A stretch of DNA of 61,396 nucleotides. Source: a virus. Taxonomy: Duplodnaviria > Caudoviricetes. Below the pieces are notes generated by a model. The model was not told the DNA's origin, searched no databases, and saw only the letters and a program-made list of their open reading frames with translations. Within the stretch, counting starts at the first letter, position 1, and every line of letters begins with the position of its first letter. The translations under genes and the position numbers were made by a program. The stretch covers positions 1 to 61,396 of IMG/VR virus record IMGVR_UViG_3300031949_000037. The stretch is one strand, 5' to 3'. Shown piece by piece: positions 16,824 to 24,304 of the stretch.

Positions 16824-18231
16824 CGAGCGGACGTCCGCCGCCTACCGCGCCGACTACGTCGCCTCCATCGTCGGGTACTGGCTAAGCTACGAGGCCGAAC
16901 AGGCCGGCGTGCGCCTGGTGGACCCGCGGCGGGCCGACATCGTCCTGCTCGTGCATGCGGGCGCCATCAACTTCGCCCCGGCCGCCCGCCGGGAGCTCCG
17001 CCGCCATCGCATCGAGCCCGACGCTGGCAAGCGGGCCGGGCCCTACATCATCGCCGGCGGCGCCATCGGCTCTGCGCCCTTCACGTGCATGGAGGTGGCC
17101 AACGCCGTAGCGCTCGGCGAGGGCTACGCCTTCGTCCGGGAGCTCTTCCGGCTGGCCGGCACCGGCGCCAGCATAGCCAAGATAAGACAGTGGATAATTG
17201 CCTACCCCCATGCCCTAGAGCGGTCGCAGCTCGCCGGCTATCGCCGGGACCACGCCCGCCCCTGGCTCCTGGCGCCTGGTAGCGCCGGCCCTATAGCGGA
17301 GCCCGACGCGCGCATCGACTGGTCGGTCCCGCCCATCCGGTCCGACGACAAGGTCGTGCAGGTCATGGCCGGGAAGGGCTGCCCGAACAAGTGCAAGTTC
17401 TGCGCTACGTCGTGGGAGCAGCGGTACCAGTACCGCCAGGACGGCGCCTACGCCGTGGGACTCCTACGCCAGCTCAAGGCGAAGGGCGAACGGGTCCGAC
17501 TGGTCTCCAACGATCCGGCTGCCCTACCCTGGTTTCCTGACATCGACGTCAAGCTGGATGCCCAGAGCTTTACCTTCCGGGCGCTCAAATCGCCGGCGGC
17601 CCGCGCCGCCCTCATGCGCACCCGCCCGTCTAGCTGCCGGATCGGGGTTGAGGGACTCTCCTACCGGGAGCGCGTCGCGTACGGCAAGCCCATCCGCAAC
17701 GATGCCCTGCTGGAGCTCCTGGCGGGCGTCCACGCTCACAAGCTCGACAGCCACCTCTTCTTGATCACGTGCGCGCCGTTCGAGACCGAGGCCGACTGGC
17801 AGGAGTACACCGACTTCTACTATCGGCTGGCGCGCGCCATCCCTCGCGGGGTCTGTAGGGTCAAGTACACCACCTTTACCCCCGCGCCGCCGGCTCCCTT
17901 AGCCCGCTTCGTGCCGGGCGGAGACCTCCGCCGGCGGCCGGCCCTCTTCAGGGATTGGGTGGCGCGCCACAGCGCCGGGCGGCATATGTTCTCCATCTGG
18001 CCGCGCGGCCCTAAGACGGTAGCCGAGCACACATCGGACCTACTCTCGGCCCCCCCCGAATACGTCAGGCAGTGGGTGAACGGTCACGGTACGATGGACC
18101 TGGCGCCGACCGTCGAGGACGCCGCCCGCCTGCCGTGGGAAGTGGTCAAGTGGCCCTGGTCGCCAGAGTCACGGTGGAGGGCCGCGGCCGCGTACGCCCG
18201 CGCGATGGAGCTTCCGGGGCCGGCAGAGTGA
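16804..18231 (+). CDS. Radical SAM protein
   Basis: KGCPNKCKFC (CxxxCxxC); RIGVEG; ETEAD. Confidence 0.85.
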   Translation: MSTIGANERTSAAYRADYVASIVGYWLSYEAEQAGVRLVDPRRADIVLLVHAGAINFAPAARRELRRHRIEPDAGKRAGPYIIAGGAIGSAPFTCMEVANAVALGEGYAFVRELFRLAGTGASIAKIRQWIIAYPHALERSQLAGYRRDHARPWLLAPGSAGPIAEPDARIDWSVPPIRSDDKVVQVMAGKGCPNKCKFCATSWEQRYQYRQDGAYAVGLLRQLKAKGERVRLVSNDPAALPWFPDIDVKLDAQSFTFRALKSPAARAALMRTRPSSCRIGVEGLSYRERVAYGKPIRNDALLELLAGVHAHKLDSHLFLITCAPFETEADWQEYTDFYYRLARAIPRGVCRVKYTTFTPAPPAPLARFVPGGDLRRRPALFRDWVARHSAGRHMFSIWPRGPKTVAEHTSDLLSAPPEYVRQWVNGHGTMDLAPTVEDAARLPWEVVKWPWSPESRWRAAAAYARAMELPGPAE

Positions 18232-18238
18232 GTCTTGC

Positions 18239-20293
18239 ATGGCGCGGAAGTCTACCCTTACCCGTCTACCCGCGCACCTCATCGCCGAGCGCCGCCAGCA
18301 CGTCCGGCGCCTAGACCTAATCGGCTCTAGCGTCCCTACCATCGTCGCTACTCTCCAGCACCAGGCGCCCCAACTGATCGAAGCCCAGGCCGACCCTGCA
18401 CAGACGGTCCGTGACGACCTCGACGCCATCCGGGGCCTAGCGGTAGCGGAGCTAACCGACCTGGGCTCCGCCGCGCTGGGGGCCCGCGCCGTCGTCGACT
18501 ACATTGGGCTTAAGCGCTTGATCCTTAACAGCGCGATTGCCATGGCGGAGTCGCCGGCCGTCAGACCCAGGGATAGGGCCAAGTTCCTCCAGGTGGCCAA
18601 CGTGGCGGCCGACGACATCGCTCGGGCCAGAGGCGTACCCGTAGACCGGCCGGCCTTCAACATCAACTTCCAGCAGCAGCTACTAGCCCTGGGCCTACCG
18701 CCGGCCATGGTCGACATGCTGACGGCTGGCCCCGCCCGCGCCGGGCCGGCGCCTCTCCTTCTGCCCGCCGGCACCGGTGGCGGCCTCGTCGACGCGCTGA
18801 CCTTCGCCGTTTCGCCCGACTTCTGCGACCTCGGCTCCATCATGGAGTCCTACCCGATGCAGGAGCGGGTCCTGCGAGAGTTCATGTCGCCCCGGTCGCC
18901 CTACCGCGTCCTGGTCCTGGTCTGCGGCATGCGGTCCGGCAAGGGCGTGGTGGGCAGCATCGTGGCCTGGTACGCCGCCTATCAGCTCCTCTCCCTAGCC
19001 GACCCCCAACACTACTTCGGCCTGGCGCCCGGCCAGGAAATCCAGATCGTGACGATGGCCACATCGCAGGACCAGGCGAAGCACAACGTCTTCAAACACA
19101 TCGTCGACCGCCTGGAGAACGGGGGCCCATGGTTCCAGGCCCTACGCGACCAGGCCGAGGTCGTGAGCCTCGAGATCCGCCTACCCAAGAACATCCTGAT
19201 CCGCTGCGGCCACTCCAAGGCGTCTACCCAGGTGGGCTCTACCTCCTACGTGGTGATCCTCGACGAGCTGGCCCGGATGAAGGACACCGAAGGGCGCGAT
19301 AACGCCGACGAGGTCTACGACAAGATGGGTGCGACCACGGCCACCTTCCTCGAGGAGGGCAAGGTCCTGGTCTTGACGTCGCCCGAATGGGAAGGCGATA
19401 AGAGCATGCGGCTACTGGACGAGGCCACGGCCGACGACGATAGCGGCCGGCCCCTACATCCCGACATGCTGGGCATCCAGCTCGCTACGTGGGAAGCCAA
19501 CCTTAACTTGACCGAGGACGGGCTGGCCGAGGCCTTCCACCGCGACGCTAACCCCATGGCCTTCTGGCGTGACTTCGGGGCCCGCCCGCCCCTGGCCGCT
19601 GAGGGCTACTACCCCGATCCCGGCCGCTGGGACCGGCAGGTCGACCCCGACCTGCGGCACCCCTACGACGAGAACGATCAGCTATACGACTGGTGGGTGC
19701 CTTGCTGCGATGGCCGGCGCTTCGTCCATGTCGACCTAGGCGCCAAGCGCGACGCCGCCGGCCTGGCGATGGCCCATGCGCCCGTGCCGGGCTGCCCCTA
19801 CTACAAGACGGTCCTCCGGGATGGCCAGATAGTCGAAAACCCGCGCGCCCGCGCGGTCGTGACCGACGTTATCCACCGCCTCGTGCCCGGCCGCAAGCGG
19901 GAGGTGAAGGGCGAGATCTCGTTCGAGGCCGTGCGCCAGATGATCCGCAACTGGCAGGCGCGGGGCTTCAACGTCAAGGGCGGCCTGGTCTCCTACGACG
20001 GCTGGCAGAGCCTCGACAGCCGGCAAATCTTCAAGCGCGAGGGATACAAGGTCGCGGAGTTCTCCCTAGACCGCAACACCGAGGGCCATGATACCCTCCA
20101 GGAGCTTCTAAACACGGACCGCCTCGCCTACTACGGGCACCCCGTCTTGCTGAACGAGGCTAAGCACCTGATGCTCCTGCACGGCAAGAAGGTGGATCAC
20201 CCCAAGGGCGGCTCTAAGGACGTAGCGGACGCCGTCGCCGGCGCCGTCTATCATGCCCTGAAGCGGGGCGGCCGAGTTAGGTTCGTGGGCTAG
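18239..20293 (+). CDS. terL: Terminase large subunit with ~180-aa N-terminal extension
   Basis: GMRSGK Walker A, VILDE Walker B, HVDLG and DHPKGGSKDVADA nuclease motifs. Confidence 0.92.
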   Translation: MARKSTLTRLPAHLIAERRQHVRRLDLIGSSVPTIVATLQHQAPQLIEAQADPAQTVRDDLDAIRGLAVAELTDLGSAALGARAVVDYIGLKRLILNSAIAMAESPAVRPRDRAKFLQVANVAADDIARARGVPVDRPAFNINFQQQLLALGLPPAMVDMLTAGPARAGPAPLLLPAGTGGGLVDALTFAVSPDFCDLGSIMESYPMQERVLREFMSPRSPYRVLVLVCGMRSGKGVVGSIVAWYAAYQLLSLADPQHYFGLAPGQEIQIVTMATSQDQAKHNVFKHIVDRLENGGPWFQALRDQAEVVSLEIRLPKNILIRCGHSKASTQVGSTSYVVILDELARMKDTEGRDNADEVYDKMGATTATFLEEGKVLVLTSPEWEGDKSMRLLDEATADDDSGRPLHPDMLGIQLATWEANLNLTEDGLAEAFHRDANPMAFWRDFGARPPLAAEGYYPDPGRWDRQVDPDLRHPYDENDQLYDWWVPCCDGRRFVHVDLGAKRDAAGLAMAHAPVPGCPYYKTVLRDGQIVENPRARAVVTDVIHRLVPGRKREVKGEISFEAVRQMIRNWQARGFNVKGGLVSYDGWQSLDSRQIFKREGYKVAEFSLDRNTEGHDTLQELLNTDRLAYYGHPVLLNEAKHLMLLHGKKVDHPKGGSKDVADAVAGAVYHALKRGGRVRFVG

Positions 20294-20296
20294 GGC

Positions 20297-20326
20297 TTGA
20301 CCGACGCTAGCCGCTACGGCTATTAT
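20297..20326 (+). promoter_or_regulatory. sigma70 promoter with embedded operator, upstream of the hexamer array and RAMP gene
   Basis: TTGACC-18 nt-TATTAT with CTAGCCG-CTA-CGGCTA. Confidence 0.85.
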
Positions 20327-20430
20327 GGCGGAGCCGCGCCAGCGCCGGGGGCTGGCGGGCTAGCGAAAGGGGCCGCCCCATGACCATCAGTTCTCTAGCG
20401 CTGGCCATCCCGCCGGCCTAGTGCTCGCAT

Positions 20431-21241
20431 CGACCTCGGCAACGCCTAGGGCGATGCTACCGTCGACGTTCCAGTCTACGCCTAGGCCGCCATCGGCTTC
20501 GCCGGCGCTAGAGCCATCGCCCGCGGCAACGGCTTCGCCGTCGCTGTCGACCACGACGCGGCCGGCGTCTATGCCGACGCCGGCGCCATCGCTGTCGCTA
20601 ACGCCGCCGCCCACGTCCCGGTCTTCGCCATCGGTAACGCCGCCGGCACTGCTGGAGGCGTCGCCTACGCTCTCGGCCTTGTTGCCGGCCGCGTCAACGC
20701 TGCCGCCATCGCTGCCGGCGCCGACCTCGCTGACGCCATCGCCTTCGCTCTCGGCCTCGCTACCGCTCACGCCGCTGCTGGCGCTGCCGATCCCGCTACT
20801 GCTCCCGGCGGAGCCGTCGCCATCGGCCCCGTCACGCCGTAGACCCGGACTGCGCCTATGCCCTCGTTACCGTCGCCGTCCGCTGCTGACGCCTTCGCCC
20901 CCGGCACCGCCAACGGCACCGGCTTCGGCCCTGCCAGCGTTACCGTCGCCGCCCCGCCACACTGCTCCCGCCTTAGTCTGCGCCGGCCACTTCGTCACCG
21001 TCCGCGGCTGCCCCTTCGCCTTCGTCAACGCCATCGCTGACGCTGCCGGCCTAGCTGCCGACCTCGTCGACGCCCTCGCTACTGCCGAAGCCTGCGCCAA
21101 TGCCCGCGCCAACGCCCTCGCCACCGCCGAAGCTGGCGCCGACGGCTTCGCCGTCGGCCTCGCCAAAGCCGCCCCGCCGGCCCCGGCAACGGCCTCGCTC
21201 CCGCCATCGTCAACGCCCCGCCATCGTCAACGCCCCGCCAT
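20431..21241 (+). repeat. Degenerate hexamer array (C)G-N-Y-N-N, ~130 units; candidate non-coding guide RNA array
   Basis: 57 consecutive in-register units at 20488-20829 all have G at position 2 and a pyrimidine at position 4; positions 5-6 vary; several register slips are not multiples of 3. Confidence 0.85.
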
Positions 21242-21280
21242 AGTGTCCGCCGGCCATGCGGCCCGGCAGAGAGGAAAGCC

Positions 21281-21922
21281 ATGCCGATCAGGATCACGGT
21301 CCGCGCCCACTTCGAGAGGGGCTACATAGCCGACCCCTACTGGCCCGAGCGGGAGAAGGTGATCAACATCCTGAAGGAGTCGGGGGCCAACCGGGTCCGG
21401 TCTCAGGACCGCCGGGCCAAGGCCCTAGACGACTACCTGAGGGCCCGCAGCATGACGCTTGAGGATCTGCACAGCCTGGAGGCGCTTGCAGAACGGCCGT
21501 TCTATACGCTCGACGGGCGTATCATCATCCCGGCCCATCAGGTCCATGGCGCCCTAGCCAATGCTGCGGCGCTCTGCTCTTCTTCCATACGGATCGCCCG
21601 CCAGGAGCAGATCAGGACCGTGCTCCAGAGCGGCGATTGGCTCACGGACAAGGGCAAGGAAGACGGCACGTGGGAGCGGTTCGTGGTGGTCAAGAGCGGG
21701 ACCGGTAAGACGCTGACCAACCAGCGGGCCCTACGCGCTAACCCCTACATCGAGGACTTCGACGCCACGGGTACGCTGACGACGCTCATGGAGAAGGAGC
21801 ACCTGAAGAAGCTCGAGGACTTCGTTAAGTGGACGGGCCAGGAGATCGGGCTGGGCGCCTCCCGCAAGATGGGCTGGGGCCGGTTCGACGTTATCGGCTT
21901 CGAGCTCGAGGCCGCTGCATGA
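21281..21922 (+). CDS. Stand-alone RAMP-superfamily (Cas7/Csm3-like) protein
   Basis: N-terminal beta strand, IIIPAHQVHGAL (cf. IPGSSLKGAL), C-terminal Gly-rich loop GLGASRKMGWGRF. Confidence 0.75.
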   Translation: MPIRITVRAHFERGYIADPYWPEREKVINILKESGANRVRSQDRRAKALDDYLRARSMTLEDLHSLEALAERPFYTLDGRIIIPAHQVHGALANAAALCSSSIRIARQEQIRTVLQSGDWLTDKGKEDGTWERFVVVKSGTGKTLTNQRALRANPYIEDFDATGTLTTLMEKEHLKKLEDFVKWTGQEIGLGASRKMGWGRFDVIGFELEAAA

Positions 21923-22341
21923 GCGAGGATGCACCGGGAGCCGTGAACCTACGCGATCTGCCGCCTACGCCGGAGCACGACAAGTTCCTCAAGGTTCGTA
22001 GTGGGCCGCTCGGTGAACACCTCAGTGGGTTCTACGATTATCTGGCCGAGCTGAGCATTCACCTGATGGTGTGGGCTGAGAGTGACGAAGAGGCTGATTG
22101 CGATGGTGGCGTGCTGAACGCGATCTGCCTGGGGGACAGCCGGTGCCCAGCCTGCCACGGTTCGGGCAGAGTTACCCGGCATTTCGAGGGCTACGTATCC
22201 GCCGCCAAGACGCCCGCAGAGTTGATCGCAGGTTACCTCGGTATCGACCCCAAGGCATTCAATGACGAGACCGAGGCAGTCTACCAAGCCGTCAGCAGAC
22301 AGGCCCGCGAGGCCGTGCGGGAGGCTGAGGGGGAAGCATGA
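21919..22341 (+). CDS. Hypothetical protein with CxxCxGxG motif
   Basis: ATGA overlap with the RAMP gene; CPACHGSG. Confidence 0.65.
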   Translation: MSEDAPGAVNLRDLPPTPEHDKFLKVRSGPLGEHLSGFYDYLAELSIHLMVWAESDEEADCDGGVLNAICLGDSRCPACHGSGRVTRHFEGYVSAAKTPAELIAGYLGIDPKAFNDETEAVYQAVSRQAREAVREAEGEA

Positions 22342-22664
22342 GCCCCACGGTCCGGGCCCGGCTCGAGTGGCACCACTTCTACGCCCATGTAGACCTGCCC
22401 AAGGGGGAGCTGCCGCCTAGCATCGTGCTGCCGCTGGAGACCATCATGGGCGAGCCGCAAGTCGACGAAGCGGGCTTCATCATCGAAGTCGACAGAGAGG
22501 CCGAGCCGCTGCTAGCGCCAGACGAGGGGTGGGAGTTCCGCCTACAACCGACTTGCGACTGTACGCTACGCTACGTAGCGGTAGAGCCCCCCTGGCAGGC
22601 CCAGATCAGGAACGCGATCCGCCGGAACGGCTACCGCGCGAAGGAGGCGCCATGCCCGCCCTAA
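22338..22664 (+). CDS. Hypothetical protein
   Basis: ATGA overlap. Confidence 0.55.
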   Translation: MSPTVRARLEWHHFYAHVDLPKGELPPSIVLPLETIMGEPQVDEAGFIIEVDREAEPLLAPDEGWEFRLQPTCDCTLRYVAVEPPWQAQIRNAIRRNGYRAKEAPCPP

Positions 22665-23209
22665 GGTCTACGCTGCTCCTGGCGCTGGTCGTGGCCGCCG
22701 TAGGCGTAGCGGTAGCCACGGCCGGCGCCGGCGCCCAGGGGCCGCCACCTAGGCCCCTGAGGATATGCCGATGGTACCCGCACCTGCGGGTCTGCCGGCC
22801 CCCTACGCTCTCGCCGTCGCCCACCTCTACGCCATCGGCGACGCCCTCGGTAACGCTGACGCCAACGATGCCGCCCACGTCAACGTCCTCGCCGCCGCCG
22901 CCGCCAACGTTGACGACCTCGCCATCGTCGACGGCGCCGCCTACGTCGACGCCAACGCCGCAGCCTACGCCAACGCCGGGGCCGGCCGGCCCCCTACAGG
23001 GAGACCTCAACGGCGACTGCGTAGTCGACCTGGTCGACTGGCAGATGATCTACCCCCGCTATGGGTGCGTCTTCGGGCTCCTCTGCTATCGCCCCATGTA
23101 CGACCTGGAGCCGCCCGGCGGCGACGAGGACATCGACATATGCGACCTCCAATACGTCTACGGCCGCCTGGGCAGCACGTGCGATCACCCGATCCCGGCC
23201 GGTCAGTAG
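22652..23209 (+). CDS. Exported protein: signal peptide, P/T linker, dockerin-like Ca-binding domain
   Basis: AAGGAGG RBS; GDLNGDCVVDLVD..DLEPPGGDEDIDICDL. Confidence 0.8.
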   Translation: MPALRSTLLLALVVAAVGVAVATAGAGAQGPPPRPLRICRWYPHLRVCRPPTLSPSPTSTPSATPSVTLTPTMPPTSTSSPPPPPTLTTSPSSTAPPTSTPTPQPTPTPGPAGPLQGDLNGDCVVDLVDWQMIYPRYGCVFGLLCYRPMYDLEPPGGDEDIDICDLQYVYGRLGSTCDHPIPAGQ

Positions 23210-23211
23210 TC

Positions 23212-23241
23212 TTGACAGGCCCTAGCCGAGGCGGCTAGTCT
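23212..23241 (+). promoter_or_regulatory. sigma70 promoter with embedded operator
   Basis: TTGACA-18 nt-TAGTCT with CTAGCCG-AGG-CGGCTAG. Confidence 0.85.
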
Positions 23242-23367
23242 ACACGCATGGCGGCCGGCGGCTACCCGACAGCAACCGGGTTGGGGGCGGGGAGGGCATC
23301 GCACCCTATGGCCAACCGGCCGCCGCTCTTTATCCCCGCTACCTAGCCCCGCCGGGGGCGACCTATC

Positions 23368-23817
23368 ATGCCGAACCATAGCCGGCTAGAGATTCTGGAG
23401 GGCGCGGCCGAGCTCCGAGACAGGGTAGCGGGCATCGTGCTAGCCTACCGTGGGAAGGGTGCCCGCTTGGCGGCCATCGCTACCGCTCTGGGTTACGAGA
23501 CCTGGGGCCGGGGGGATCGGGGGATGGCGCCGGCGGACCGCGAGCGCATCATGCGAATCCTTAAGGGCCTGGAGAGGGACCACCTGCTCTACCGGGACGC
23601 CAAGGGCCTATACCGGCCCTTCGATTGGCGCGAGTACCTGGCGGCTCTTAAGGGGCGCCACGACCACTACCGTCTACGGGCCCGCTTCCTCTACCGGGCC
23701 GCCCAGCGGTCGGAGCGGCTTGCCGCCCGCGCCTGGCGGGCCGTCATGGCCGAGCTAGAGCGCATAGCCGGGGAGCACCCCGAGGTCGACATCGAGAAGC
23801 TGAGGGACGAGACATGA
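23368..23817 (+). CDS. Putative winged-helix DNA-binding protein
   Basis: LAAIATALG..RILKGLERDHLLYRD..GLY pattern. Confidence 0.55.
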   Translation: MPNHSRLEILEGAAELRDRVAGIVLAYRGKGARLAAIATALGYETWGRGDRGMAPADRERIMRILKGLERDHLLYRDAKGLYRPFDWREYLAALKGRHDHYRLRARFLYRAAQRSERLAARAWRAVMAELERIAGEHPEVDIEKLRDET

Positions 23818-24269
23818 GCCAGCAGCGCCGCCACTACGAGGATACCGACGTGCCGGAGAGTAAGTCCCAGCAGGATACGCAGACGCTCTTACGCCAGCAT
23901 GGCGTAACGATGGTCCGTTGGACGACGACCGCAAACCTGATCCGCCTAGAGTTCTCCTGGCCCTATCGAGACCACGAGCTGGGCTTTCGCCTAGACCTGC
24001 ATGTGCCGGCAAAGGACGCTGCTGGCAATCTCCTAGAGCCGGACCGCCGCGAACAAGAGGCCCGTCGCCTCTACCGGGTCCTGCTCTACCACGTTAAGGC
24101 CAAGCTGATCGCGGTAGAGGAGGGCCTGGTCCCGCTGGAGCAGGAGTTCCTACCCTACCTAATCGGCGAGGGCGACCGTACCATGGGCGACGTGGTCCGC
24201 GAACAGCTCGCGGCCGGCGCGCTCGCCAACGCGCGGCCCTTGCTGGAGAGCGGTCTGTCCGGCGCTTGA
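23814..24269 (+). CDS. Conserved phage hypothetical protein
   Basis: YEDTDVPESKS..VKAKLIAVEEG..EQEFLPY. Confidence 0.7.
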   Translation: MSQQRRHYEDTDVPESKSQQDTQTLLRQHGVTMVRWTTTANLIRLEFSWPYRDHELGFRLDLHVPAKDAAGNLLEPDRREQEARRLYRVLLYHVKAKLIAVEEGLVPLEQEFLPYLIGEGDRTMGDVVREQLAAGALANARPLLESGLSGA

Positions 24270-24295
24270 ACTAGGCTAGCCGCTACGGCTATACT
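24266..24295 (+). promoter_or_regulatory. sigma70 promoter with embedded operator
   Basis: TTGAAC-18 nt-TATACT with CTAGCCG-CTA-CGGCTA. Confidence 0.8.
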
Positions 24296-24304
24296 AGCGC
24301 CGCC

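Noticed and set aside
20431-21241. Canonical CRISPR array next to the Cas7-like gene
   Set aside because: No 25-45 nt identical repeats separated by unique spacers here or anywhere else I could see.
20421-21329. 302-aa P/S/A-rich ORF and the antisense ORFs over the array
   Set aside because: Composition flips with the hexamer register, there is no clear RBS, and it overlaps the RAMP start by 49 nt. The open frame is explained by the stop-poor repeat, though a decayed gene is not fully excluded.
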